This document shows, piece after piece, positions 47,443 to 57,028 of a stretch of 64,000 bases of DNA. The notes beneath the pieces are model-generated. The model was not told the DNA's origin. It saw only the letters and a program-made list of their open reading frames with translations, and did no database searches. Position numbers and translations under genes: made by a program. Every line of letters begins with the position of its first letter. Position 1 is the first letter of the stretch. Source of the DNA: an uncultured delta proteobacterium (GTDB lineage: Bacteria; Desulfobacterota; Syntrophia; Syntrophales; UBA2192). Location: NCBI GenBank assembly GCA_963705165.1, contig CAVPJD010000024.1, positions 64,001 to 128,000 of the forward strand. The letters run 5' to 3'.

Positions 47443-47475
47443 GGCCGCAGGCATCAGGCTACAGGCAACAGGAAG

Positions 47476-48654
47476 ATGAATTCCGGTTCTTCTGTTTCAA
47501 CTCGTCCCACCTTCGAAGCTTCACAGCTTCCCATTCTGAAGGCCCGGTTCATCGGGCGGCCGAATCGCTTTCTTGTCGTCTGCGATCTCGGCGGGAAGAC
47601 CGTTGAGGCCTATCTTCCCAACCCCGGAAGGCTCTGGGAGCTGCTGCTGCCGGGCCGGACCCTGTACCTGGTCCATAACCCTCCCGACCCGGCGAAGAGC
47701 ACCGAATACACGGCACTTGCCGTCGAGCATGAAGGCAGGCCCATCCTGCTGCACACGCATCGCACCAACGACGTGGTGGCCCACCTGCTTGCGGCAAAAA
47801 AACTCCCCGGTTTCGAAGCGGCATCGGTCATCCGGCGCGAAGCCCGCGCAGGTGCCAGCCGCTACGACTTTCTTCTGGAAAAGGGCGGGAGGGAATTTTT
47901 CCTCGAGGTCAAATCCTGCACTCTCTTCGGCCGTCGCATCGCCATGTTCCCCGATGCCGTCACGGAGCGAGGGCGCAGGCACCTGGAGAACCTTGCCCTT
48001 CATGCACGACAGGGAATTCCCGGCGGAGTCGTTTTTGTCGTCCACTCGCCGCAAATCGATACGTTCATGCCCGACTACCACACGGATTACCGCTTCGCGA
48101 GGGCGCTTCTCGAGGTGAGAAACGATCTGCTCGTCAAGGCCGTCAGTGTGGAGTGGCGGGAGGATCTGAGCCTGGGGCCCCGTGTCCGCGACGTGGAGAT
48201 CCCCTGGGATCTCATCGCGCGGCAGGCCCGGGACAGGGGAAGCTACCTTCTGGTCCTCGAGGTCGCGCAAAGCCGCCGCGTCGATGTGGGCGGCCTGGGC
48301 AAGGTCACGTTCCCGAAAGGGTACTACGTGTACGCCGGCTCGGCCCGGGTAAATCTCACGAAGCGGGTGGAGCGACACCTGAGGCGGCGCAAGCAATTCC
48401 ACTGGCACATCGATTACCTGCGGGACCGGGCCGACTCGTGCACGGCGCTGCCAGTCCGTTCGAGCGAGGATCTGGAGCACGGCCTGGCGGCGGCCCTGGG
48501 ACAGGTTGCCGACTGGAGCATCCCCCGATTCGGCTCCTCCGACTGCAGATGCGCGACACATCTTTTCGGCTTTAAAGAGAACCCCATCCGCACGCCTCGT
48601 TTTATCGAATTGCTTCTGAAGTTTCGAATCGACCGGCTTGAAACCATGCTCTAA
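47476..48654 (+). CDS. sfsA: SfsA nuclease fused to DUF123 (GIY-YIG-like) domain
   Basis: RPNRF, PNPGRL, EVKSCTL, FPDAVTERG..HL; C-terminal YAGSA, HWHIDYL, FGSSDCRC..HL; start uncertain. Confidence 0.88.
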   Translation: MNSGSSVSTRPTFEASQLPILKARFIGRPNRFLVVCDLGGKTVEAYLPNPGRLWELLLPGRTLYLVHNPPDPAKSTEYTALAVEHEGRPILLHTHRTNDVVAHLLAAKKLPGFEAASVIRREARAGASRYDFLLEKGGREFFLEVKSCTLFGRRIAMFPDAVTERGRRHLENLALHARQGIPGGVVFVVHSPQIDTFMPDYHTDYRFARALLEVRNDLLVKAVSVEWREDLSLGPRVRDVEIPWDLIARQARDRGSYLLVLEVAQSRRVDVGGLGKVTFPKGYYVYAGSARVNLTKRVERHLRRRKQFHWHIDYLRDRADSCTALPVRSSEDLEHGLAAALGQVADWSIPRFGSSDCRCATHLFGFKENPIRTPRFIELLLKFRIDRLETML

Positions 48655-48776
48655 ACGGGTATCGGGGCTCGGGTATAGGGTATAGGGTATAGGGAAGATG
48701 TGGCGCGAAGCGCACAGTCCGGATTTGACTCAATCGCTGCCGAGGCGTAATGAATAATCAGAAGGACCCCGACATT

Positions 48777-49292
48777 ATGCAAAAAATCGAAGTCCGGAGA
48801 AAACCTTTCATCGTCGGAGTCATGGGGGGCCACGAGGCGCCGCCGGAGATTCTTGAAGACGCGCGCCGGATCGGCGAGGCCATCGCAAAGAGAGGGCATG
48901 TCCTTCTGACGGGGGGCGGAGAAGGGGTGATGAAAGCAGCCTCCGAGGGGGCCTTCAAGGCAGGGGGGCTCGTCCTGGCAGTGCTCCCGAGCGACCGGGT
49001 TCGGCCGCTCGCCGGTTACCCCAACGCGTTTGTCGACATTGCCATCTACACCGGGATGGCGGATGCCCGGAATGTCATCAATGCGAAGACCCCCCATGTG
49101 ATGATCGCCATCGACGGCGGCTGGGGAACCGTGTCCGAGATCGCCCACGCCCTTCGCAACGACACCCCCGTCATCGCGCTGAAAACCCCTTCCATAGGTC
49201 TCCCCCACGGCAAATGCCTTATTACCAGCGCCTCCGTCGAAGACACCCTCGCCCAGATGGATCGGCTTCTGAAAGTGACCAGTGACCGGTGA
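48777..49292 (+). CDS. TIGR00725/LOG-like (SLOG) protein
   Basis: TGGGEGVM, TGMADARN, GGWGTVSE. Confidence 0.88.
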   Translation: MQKIEVRRKPFIVGVMGGHEAPPEILEDARRIGEAIAKRGHVLLTGGGEGVMKAASEGAFKAGGLVLAVLPSDRVRPLAGYPNAFVDIAIYTGMADARNVINAKTPHVMIAIDGGWGTVSEIAHALRNDTPVIALKTPSIGLPHGKCLITSASVEDTLAQMDRLLKVTSDR

Positions 49293-49472
49293 CCAGTGAG
49301 GACGAGACAATTAATTTCTTTGCCTTTTTCTCCATTCCGATATTCCGTGCTCTTGCCTTAAGTCAATCGTAACGATCACTGATCATCAATCGGCCGAAAT
49401 CATTTATTTATTCCCCATCTTCCTGATTCCGGAAGCCTGAAGCCCGATGCCTGCCACCCATCGGGCGGCCAG

Positions 49473-49488
49473 TGGCACCCCCCTTGCA
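49473..49488 (+). promoter_or_regulatory. sigma-54 promoter of pilZ-motAB
   Basis: TGGCACCCCCCTTGCA, near-perfect consensus. Confidence 0.7.
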
Positions 49489-49637
49489 TTACTCCGATTG
49501 CCGGGCCGTTTTGCGCGCATCCGGAAGAATTGATGCAATTATAAGGACTTGCGCTGCAAAAATCCTCTTCAAGTTATGACGGCAACAACCGATATTAGAT
49601 AAATGAAACCATTGCAACGTTTGTCAGGATATTCGAA

Positions 49638-50177
49638 ATGAAGTTCACAAATGAATTCCCCTGCCCGCCGAACCGTCGGGAGTATTCCCGGGTCAAGACC
49701 GTCGTGCCCTTCAGTGCGCGGCTCGTGCCCCCTGAAGAGCGGGAGAACCTTCTGTCCAGGGTCTCCAATCAGACGGCCGTCGATCTGGGGGGACTTCCCG
49801 AAATCCCGGATCAGGCCCTCGCCGAATGGCTCGCAATGATCAACCGCAAGCTGGACCTTATCCTCAACACGCTCGGCGCGCAGAAGATGGGATTCAATGC
49901 GCTTCCGGTCCAGCAGATCAGCATCAGCGGGGGCGGTCTTTCGTTTCACTCGCGAGAACCCTTCACCCGCGGCGATATCGTCGAAGTCATGATGGTTCTC
50001 TCTTCCGGCACCTCCGTGGCCCTCTATGTCTACGGGGAAGTGGTGGCGGCCGACCGGCGAGACGACAGTTTCGAGATCGGCCTGAAGTTCGTCGCCATGG
50101 GCGACGAAATCCGTGAGGAAATCTGCCGGTTCGTCTTCGAGCGGGAGCGGCAAATCCTTCGCGACAAAAGGGGGTAA
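49638..50177 (+). CDS. PilZ domain protein
   Basis: RREYSR (RxxxR), ISGGG, GLKF. Confidence 0.85.
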   Translation: MKFTNEFPCPPNRREYSRVKTVVPFSARLVPPEERENLLSRVSNQTAVDLGGLPEIPDQALAEWLAMINRKLDLILNTLGAQKMGFNALPVQQISISGGGLSFHSREPFTRGDIVEVMMVLSSGTSVALYVYGEVVAADRRDDSFEIGLKFVAMGDEIREEICRFVFERERQILRDKRG

Positions 50178-50189
50178 CGCCGGCTACCC

Positions 50190-51047
50190 ATGTTCACAAT
50201 CATCGGATCCATCGTAGTTCTTGTTTGCGTCATCGGCGGGTTTGTGCTGGAGAAGGGCAATGTTGCCGTCCTGTTTCAGCCCGTCGAGCTGCTGATCATC
50301 TTCGGCTCCGCCATTGGAGGCTTCATCATCGCATCGCCCATGAAGGTCATGAAGGCCGTCATCGCGGGTCTCCTGAAAATGCTTACCGGCAAGGGGTTCA
50401 CGAAGGCCGACTACCTCGAGGCCCTCACGATGCTGGGCGAGGTCTTCTACAAGATCCGCAAGGAGGGTTTGGTCTCCGTCGAAGGCGACGTGGACAACCC
50501 CAAGGAGAGTGCGATCTTCACCAAGTACCCCCGGTTCTTCAAAAACCACCATGCACTCGATCTCGTCGTCGACACCCTTCGCACCGTCATGACGACCAAG
50601 ATCGAACCCAACGAGCTGGAGGCACTCATCGACGCGGAGCTGGAGAGCCACCACGAGGAACTGATGGCGCCGAGCAAGAGTGTGGCCACCGTGGCCGACT
50701 CGCTCCCGGGCCTCGGTATCGTTGCCGCCGTGCTGGGCATCGTCCTCACCATGGGAAAAATGAACGAGCCGCCGGCAGTCCTCGGCCAGAGCATCGGCGC
50801 GGCCCTCGTCGGCACCTTCCTGGGCGTTCTGTTGTGCTACGGCTTCGTGGGGCCCATGGCGAAGAACATGGAAGTTACCGCCTCGGAAGAGCTCCAGTAC
50901 CTCATGGTGCTCAAGATGGCCATCGTGGCCTTTGTCAGCGGCGCCGCACCGCAGGTGGCCGTCGAGTTCGGCCGGCGGGTTGTCCCTGCAGTCGACAAGC
51001 CCGCGTTTACGGAAGTTGAGGAAGCCCTCAGGAGAATCAAGAAGTAA
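50190..51047 (+). CDS. motA: stator protein MotA
   Basis: QPVELLIIFG, RKEG, LPGLGIVAAVLG, GAALVGTFLG, AVEFGR. Confidence 0.95.
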   Translation: MFTIIGSIVVLVCVIGGFVLEKGNVAVLFQPVELLIIFGSAIGGFIIASPMKVMKAVIAGLLKMLTGKGFTKADYLEALTMLGEVFYKIRKEGLVSVEGDVDNPKESAIFTKYPRFFKNHHALDLVVDTLRTVMTTKIEPNELEALIDAELESHHEELMAPSKSVATVADSLPGLGIVAAVLGIVLTMGKMNEPPAVLGQSIGAALVGTFLGVLLCYGFVGPMAKNMEVTASEELQYLMVLKMAIVAFVSGAAPQVAVEFGRRVVPAVDKPAFTEVEEALRRIKK

Positions 51048-51988
51048 TGTCGGAAGCTATTCGCAAGGTCATCATCAAGAAGGTCAAGAAGAAGCACGGC
51101 GGGGGGCACCACGGCGGGTCGTGGAAGGTGGCCTACGCCGACTTCGTCACGGCCATGATGGCCTTCTTTCTTCTGCTGTGGCTGCTCTCCATGGTGTCTG
51201 ACGATAAGCGGATCGCCATGGCGGAGTACTTCAAGAGCTTCAGCCTCTTCAAGGAAAGCGGTACGAACTTCCTGCCCGGATCGGCCTTTGTCATCGCCGA
51301 CCACATCAAGAAGGCCGAGCTGAAACCCGAGAACGTCGCCGCGGCCCTGAAGAAGGCCATGAAGAAAAAGGGCGGCGGTGAGGGGGCAAGCGACCAGGTC
51401 CTCATCGATGCCATCGACGGCGGGGTCCGGATCCAGATCGTCGACAAGGAAGGCAGCCCCATGTTCCAGCTGGGAAGCGCCGAGCCTACGGAGAAGGCAA
51501 GGGAAATCCTGGCCAGCGTTGCCGAGGTGATCCGGGAGCAGGACGCAAAAATCGCCATCGAGGGACACACCGATGCAGCCCCCTTCCGCGGCGATCAGAT
51601 CACGAACTGGGAGCTTTCGACCAATCGCGCCTCTGCCGCAAGGCGAATGCTCGAGACCAACGGGCTTGACCCCTCGCGAGTGGCCCGCGTGGTGGGTTAC
51701 GCCGACACGGAGCTTCTCATCAAGGACCAGCCCAAGGACCCGCAGAACCGGCGGATCAGCATCATCTTGCTGCAGCCCAGGGACGGCCCCCCCGTGGCGC
51801 AGGGGTTGAAAAAGGACGTCCGGACCTCCTTCCAGCAGCCCCAGCCGGGTCAGCAGGCGCAGCCCGGCACATCAGAGCCGGCCGTAGAGGCCGCCGCCGA
51901 CAGGGAAAACGCCATGAAGCAGTCCTTCCAGGAAAAGAAGGTGGAGATGAAGAAGAAGAAGCGCGACATGGTGGGGCTCTGGGACTGA
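51047..51988 (+). CDS. motB: stator protein MotB (OmpA-like C-terminus)
   Basis: WKVAYADFVTAMMAFF, EGHTD, NWELS..RA, NRRI. Confidence 0.95.
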   Translation: MSEAIRKVIIKKVKKKHGGGHHGGSWKVAYADFVTAMMAFFLLLWLLSMVSDDKRIAMAEYFKSFSLFKESGTNFLPGSAFVIADHIKKAELKPENVAAALKKAMKKKGGGEGASDQVLIDAIDGGVRIQIVDKEGSPMFQLGSAEPTEKAREILASVAEVIREQDAKIAIEGHTDAAPFRGDQITNWELSTNRASAARRMLETNGLDPSRVARVVGYADTELLIKDQPKDPQNRRISIILLQPRDGPPVAQGLKKDVRTSFQQPQPGQQAQPGTSEPAVEAAADRENAMKQSFQEKKVEMKKKKRDMVGLWD

Positions 51989-52029
51989 CGCAAAGCGTCA
52001 GTAGCCGACAGCCTGCAGATCGGGAATAT

Positions 52030-52072
52030 AAAAAGGATCGGGAAAGCGAAATTCCCGATCCTTTTCTTTTTT
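52030..52072 (+). terminator. intrinsic terminator after motB
   Basis: aaaaggatcgggaa...ttcccgatccttttctttttt. Confidence 0.8.
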
Positions 52073-52190
52073 CCAACCGATACGTTTGTCCAACCAGGAG
52101 TCGAAATTCGACCCTTCACATCGTCAACAAACGACAAAGAGATCCCGAAAATTGAGGGATCCCTTTGTCGTGCCGCCAAAATCGGGTGAC

Positions 52191-52370
52191 TCAGCGATCC
52201 TGACCCCAGTACCACAAGATAACGGCAATACCGGAAATAACAGCGACGACGGGGCGGACAACCAGCACTTCCTGTGCGAGCATGGTCTCCGCAATGAAGA
52301 ACAGCGCCAGCGTGGCAATGACGGTCAGCCTGACGATTTCTCGGATGGATGTTGTTTCTCTATATTGCAT
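52191..52370 (-). CDS. small two-TM membrane protein
   Basis: Hydrophobic pattern; ggaggtg upstream; start uncertain. Confidence 0.55.
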   Translation of the reverse strand: MQYRETTSIREIVRLTVIATLALFFIAETMLAQEVLVVRPVVAVISGIAVILWYWGQDR

Positions 52371-52400
52371 GACCGGTATCACCTCCCCGGGATTTATTGA

Positions 52401-52583
52401 TCAAGTGTTCTGGAGATATGCCCAGGAGAATATCGAAAGACAGAAACCGATAACCGAGATGACTGCAAGCGACGGGTGACTGGCAAACTTGTCGAAGAAC
52501 GCACCGAGGATGATCAGCATGACCGAGACAATAAAAACGAGTTCGGCAATCATGTTCACAGCCGCCGGGAGTTTTCTTTTCAT
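52401..52583 (-). CDS. small two-TM membrane protein
   Basis: 60 aa with two hydrophobic helices. Confidence 0.55.
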   Translation of the reverse strand: MKRKLPAAVNMIAELVFIVSVMLIILGAFFDKFASHPSLAVISVIGFCLSIFSWAYLQNT

Positions 52584-52650
52584 GGCTTGAGCCTGCCTTT
52601 CATAGGCGCCTCCGCCGAATCGCTTTCATGCCCCTGAACGCAAGGGCATT

Positions 52651-53052
52651 TCAGCCGGCCCACGCCTGGCTGCCGCCTGCGGCGAAGGCATGCCGGGACG
52701 AGAACGTCCGGAACGGGCTTTCGATGGCCGACTGGAGCTCATCCAGCCCAAAAGGCTTGGGAAGACAGATGTCAGCGCCCGCATCTTCCATCTCTTTCAG
52801 GGCGGACAGGTCGCCGCTCATGCCAATAACATGAATGTCCGGTCGCTGCGCTTTCAAGAACTTGCATAGTTGTATTCCGTCAACCCGGGGCATGTCGGCG
52901 TCTGTCACAACAACGTCGTATCGGCCTTGCTGGAGGAGCATGATGGCGTCGAACCCGTCGCCTGCTTCATCGACCCCATGGCCGAAGAGGGCGATCATCG
53001 AAGACAAGATCTGCAGGATATCCGGATTGTCGTCCACGATCAGCAGTTTCAT
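52651..53052 (-). CDS. single-domain response regulator
   Basis: LLIVDD, VVTDADMP, GMSG, LPKPF. Confidence 0.88.
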   Translation of the reverse strand: MKLLIVDDNPDILQILSSMIALFGHGVDEAGDGFDAIMLLQQGRYDVVVTDADMPRVDGIQLCKFLKAQRPDIHVIGMSGDLSALKEMEDAGADICLPKPFGLDELQSAIESPFRTFSSRHAFAAGGSQAWAG

Positions 53053-53225
53053 GGCATGGAATCCCCTCATAGTATGTGTGATCATACGCCGGTAAAAAGG
53101 GATTTCATATCGCGGGGACCCTGACAACTGGGGTCGAAATACCCGAATCGGGCCTCAGGAAAAGGTTATGTGGGCGTGTAAGCGGCGGATGGGCCCTGGG
53201 GCTGGAATTGCATGTTGATGGATGC

Positions 53226-53801
53226 TTATTTCCGCCCATTGTCCGGAAAGCGCGCAACGACGCTCAGATTTTCTCTATCGCGGCGCAGGATCAGGATCTC
53301 GCCCTCGGCGGGGAAGATACCCGTCAGGGCGGTGATGTTCACCTGGTGGGTCACGAGCACGACGGGCCGGCTCAGATTGGCCGAGGCGATCCATGCCCGC
53401 AGTGCCTCGGTCTGCCCACGCTCCCGGTCGGAGGCTTCGAAAAAGGAATTCAGCGGGGGCAGCTCGACGACGGGCCCCACGGCCAGCTCGCGCGCCGTCT
53501 CGAGGCAGCGGCACCACTGGCTGCTGTATACCTTGGTTTCCGCCAACCCCGCCTCGCGGAGCCGCCTCCCGATCCGGGCCGCCTGCTGCCTGCCCGCGTC
53601 GGAGAGGTTGCGCTGCGTGGAGCAATCCCCCAGCCGGAAATTCGGCGGATCGCCCGTACCGGGGGCCCGGGCATGGCGCAGCACAACCATGTGATCGGCT
53701 TTGCCGACCAGTTGCCTGAGATCAGGCTCCGCCGCCCCCGCCACCACGGCCAGACTGCAGAGCAAAAGAACGAAGGTCAACAGCTTTCGACAGGTGAGCA
53801 T
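53226..53801 (-). CDS. secreted histidine phosphatase family protein
   Basis: LRHA, QRNLS..GR, SSQWCRC.ETA, VTHQ. Confidence 0.88.
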   Translation of the reverse strand: MLTCRKLLTFVLLLCSLAVVAGAAEPDLRQLVGKADHMVVLRHARAPGTGDPPNFRLGDCSTQRNLSDAGRQQAARIGRRLREAGLAETKVYSSQWCRCLETARELAVGPVVELPPLNSFFEASDRERGQTEALRAWIASANLSRPVVLVTHQVNITALTGIFPAEGEILILRRDRENLSVVARFPDNGRK

Positions 53802-53838
53802 GATGGTATTCCCGTTTGCTGCGCAATTTGAAATGCGC

Positions 53839-54909
53839 CTACTTCACCGTTGCGGGAAGAAACTTGAAGGGTTCCGCAGGCTGGAACTTTTCAGCGGCAT
53901 TGCCGGCAAAGATGGCGCCGCCAGTCAGCGTGAGCTTCTTCGTCGGCTTGCCTTCGGCGAAATCCATGTCGGCCAGGTTCACCCAGAACACGTTCGGGCT
54001 GCGAGCGGATTCATAGAAATAGCGCTTGTACTTGTGATCGGCCACCGTGCGCCAGATCGTCGATGAGATGTTGGGCTGTCCGGGCGTGGTGATCCCCAAG
54101 GGCACCGACACATTTCGAATCACCGAAAAGGCGCTGGCGACGGCTTCAGCGTTATCTGACGTCTTTGGAATCGCATCGATATAGAACGCGGCCCGGACGA
54201 ACCGATCGGCCGAGCGATTGGTGCCCGGCAACATCGTGGTTCCACCGATTTCCTTCCAGTAGGCGTTGAGGGCAAGCTGTCGAGAAAACGTCGGCGAGTT
54301 CGCCATCACTTGATATTCCCGGCCATGGTAAATAACCAGCCGTCCGTCAAGGTATTGAAAGATAGCGGAGTCGCCTGTGGCATCGGAAATTGACAGGTGC
54401 ATCTGTCCGGGCTGTCCGTCCGGTGTCATTGTCGGAATGACATAAAACGGTTCTTGACGCAAAGCCTCCACCGCCTCTGCGACCGTGGCAAAGTTGTCCA
54501 GCACATATTGCGGCCATACAGAAATGGACAGGGGTTTTCGCTTGTCATTGTCGGCAGGCTTGACAAATTCGGATTCAACCAGATAGAGCATGTTGGCGAC
54601 CAGGCCCTTCTCGTTCATGCCATCCGCCGTGCCAACGTCCCATCCGGCCGCCACCAGACTGCCATATTTCGAAGTCCAGCGAATGGAGTTCGGTCCAGCG
54701 GCGCCGTCGCGGTTCAGGCCGCGAGGGAAAGCCCAAAGGTTGGTTTTCGTGTCTCCTTTCCAGTCCATGCTCCTCACGGTAATGATCGTATCTTCCGGGC
54801 CGAGGTAGACCGCCCGGGTACAGGCATCCGTCTGCTGCACGGGCATACCAACAATGACCAGGGCAGCCAGCATGCCGAACAGGACACATTGAATCGTGAT
54901 TTTCTTCAT
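53839..54909 (-). CDS. linear amide C-N hydrolase (choloylglycine hydrolase/penicillin V acylase family)
   Basis: Signal peptide then CT Ntn nucleophile, RSMDW, DGMNEKGL, NSP, DRFVRA. Confidence 0.92.
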   Translation of the reverse strand: MKKITIQCVLFGMLAALVIVGMPVQQTDACTRAVYLGPEDTIITVRSMDWKGDTKTNLWAFPRGLNRDGAAGPNSIRWTSKYGSLVAAGWDVGTADGMNEKGLVANMLYLVESEFVKPADNDKRKPLSISVWPQYVLDNFATVAEAVEALRQEPFYVIPTMTPDGQPGQMHLSISDATGDSAIFQYLDGRLVIYHGREYQVMANSPTFSRQLALNAYWKEIGGTTMLPGTNRSADRFVRAAFYIDAIPKTSDNAEAVASAFSVIRNVSVPLGITTPGQPNISSTIWRTVADHKYKRYFYESARSPNVFWVNLADMDFAEGKPTKKLTLTGGAIFAGNAAEKFQPAEPFKFLPATVK

Positions 54910-55029
54910 TGCCTTTTCTCCTTTCCTCTGTTCTGTAACGAGCACGCCGGATGATCCGGATAGCGCTCGAACTTCTGAACTTCAAATCGTTATTTGAGGG
55001 TTTTGGGGGTTAATCCATCGCAGGGGCCG

Positions 55030-55835
55030 TCAAGGACCGGGAGAGGCGGAAGACAGGCCCGGGAGAGGCCGTCTTTTCTGCAACATGCGCAAGATCCAGT
55101 AGGCACCGACTGCGGCCGCCAGATGCTTCAGGGTGTGGCCGCTTACGATGTGCCCCATTGCGAAAATCTGATCGTCAAAAATCTCCAGGACTTTCGCGAG
55201 GGCATAGAGACCCGCCACAACCGCCAGATCCGATCCTCGCGTGTAGCGCTGCGGCATGAAAAGCGCGATCACCAGCACGAGAACCGAATACAACTGCACC
55301 GCGGCATAAAAGCGCAAATCGCCGGCACCGCGCACTTCGCTCATGTACCAGTGCAACACGCTGCCCATCCCGATGAGCAGAAGGATCGGCAACAACCAGA
55401 GACCGGCTCGCAGACTGATGCGCTCCGCGATTACGGCCGCTACCAGCGACATGAACGCTATCGCCATCGGCAATCTGTCCCACACGAGCGATGGGTTGCT
55501 TGGATGAAGATGATAGTGCCAGGAACCGAGTCCTGTAAGCAGCGATCCCGGCGAAAACAAACAGGTATGGCCATCGCTCCCGCCTGTCAAGAAAATGTCT
55601 TGGAATCTGTTCGGGGGTCGAGTCGCAACAGGAATGCCAGACCCCACAATCCAAATACTGCGAAGGCCAGATTGGATACCACGTCACCGATATGAGGCAA
55701 GCCCAGGAAACTTCGCTGGTCTGCGAACTGGTGATATTCCTGCGGCTGCGGAATTCGCGGCAACAAGAGCGCGGCCACAGCCAGAATGGCCGTGACGGCA
55801 AGCAGCAGCATCACGCTGGCCCTGCGCGAGATCAT
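55030..55835 (-). pseudogene. ceramidase-like (CREST) membrane hydrolase with two frameshifts
   Basis: PQPQEYHQFAD..SN in frame 1, RERWPY in frame 2, GSWHYH..WDRLPM..SGHTLKH in frame 3; shifts near 55615 and 55547. Confidence 0.8.
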
Positions 55836-55885
55836 GTTCCCCCCTTTCTCTTTGCGTCACGCCCGAAGCGGCGGCCCGTTCGTAA

Positions 55886-57028
55886 TTACGGTGTCACGAT
55901 CCGAGTCTCGACGATCAGGTCCAGCACATAGAGGGTCGGGGAGACCCCGGGACTCGCGGCGGGGCGGTTGAACCGCTTGACCCGCAAGACGTTGCTTTCG
56001 CCTTCCCTGTGGGTGAAGCCCTCGATATTTTCGTGAAGAGTCCGCCATGCTCCCGGTTCTCCGACGGCAAGCCCCTGCGCGTCAAAATGCCGGTCGCGGA
56101 CTTGAAGACAGCGGGTGTTCGGGGGCGGAGGATCTGTGCACGCCACGTGGCGGGCGGCGACCTCAAGAAAGATGAGCGTCGCAGGTCCGTAAAGGGCTTC
56201 CGGCGTGGCCTGGCCGGTGAATGTCAACGTCTCCTTAGACGCCGAAACCAGTCGCAGCCGAGAGATGGGGGCACGGTCCAGCTCGACCTGCAGGGGCTTG
56301 GCCAGCAGGCCGGACAGGGCGGCATCGGCCAGCATCAGCTCCGGAGCGCAGGCCATATTCGTGGAAGCCATGCCGCTCACCGTGAGCTGTTGCGCGGCAC
56401 TGATCCGGTAGGACCCCATCATCCGGTTGCAGGGCCCCTGTATGCCGAGCCTGGCGCCGGAAAATTCGAACACGACGGGGCGGTCCTTACGTGGAGACAG
56501 GGCCTCGATGGCCCTGTTTTGGCCGTCGGTGGCGGACTCGAGGCTCCATCGATAGCGCTCGAGCGTCTGCACGAGGCCGTCCGTTGCCTCTGTTTTCGGG
56601 ACGAGAGTCAGCACCGCGTTGGGCACCGGCGTTCCCGCAGGCCCCCCCTCGGGGTGGAGCAAAAGGAGCCGGCCCTCGCCCACGGCAAACTGCTGCCCGC
56701 CGCCGGGCTCGTCGAGCCTGATGGCGTTTCCGCTCGATTGCCATGCGAAGCTCCCGCGCACAGTCCGTGCCGCTTCCTGCCGCCCCACAGGCAGGGTCAC
56801 GCGTTCGTACGTGCCGTCCCGGTTGAGCGTCAGCCGGGTCTTGACGCCGGCACGGTCTGCGCCCGGCAGGATCCCCTCGTAGATGCCCGCCCAGTCGAGC
56901 GAGTTGCGGCTTGTGTGCATATCGACAGGTTTCGCCGTCACCGGCTCCGGCGGCACCGCCCTCTCCATCGGCTGTGCGCAGGCGCACAGGGCCGCGGCCA
57001 GAATAAACGCTGTGAGCAAGGCTTTCAT
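55886..57028 (-). CDS. lipoprotein with NlpE-like, META and DUF4377 domains
   Basis: Lipobox LCAC; SRNSLDWAGIYEGILP; GPCN..ASTNMAC; CLQVR..IEGFTH.EG. Confidence 0.85.
   Translation of the reverse strand: MKALLTAFILAAALCACAQPMERAVPPEPVTAKPVDMHTSRNSLDWAGIYEGILPGADRAGVKTRLTLNRDGTYERVTLPVGRQEAARTVRGSFAWQSSGNAIRLDEPGGGQQFAVGEGRLLLLHPEGGPAGTPVPNAVLTLVPKTEATDGLVQTLERYRWSLESATDGQNRAIEALSPRKDRPVVFEFSGARLGIQGPCNRMMGSYRISAAQQLTVSGMASTNMACAPELMLADAALSGLLAKPLQVELDRAPISRLRLVSASKETLTFTGQATPEALYGPATLIFLEVAARHVACTDPPPPNTRCLQVRDRHFDAQGLAVGEPGAWRTLHENIEGFTHREGESNVLRVKRFNRPAASPGVSPTLYVLDLIVETRIVTP

Noticed and set aside
50190..51988. Zorya ZorAB anti-phage system
   Set aside because: MotA is normal length with no long cytoplasmic tail, MotB has the canonical flagellar motif, and no zorC/D/E is adjacent
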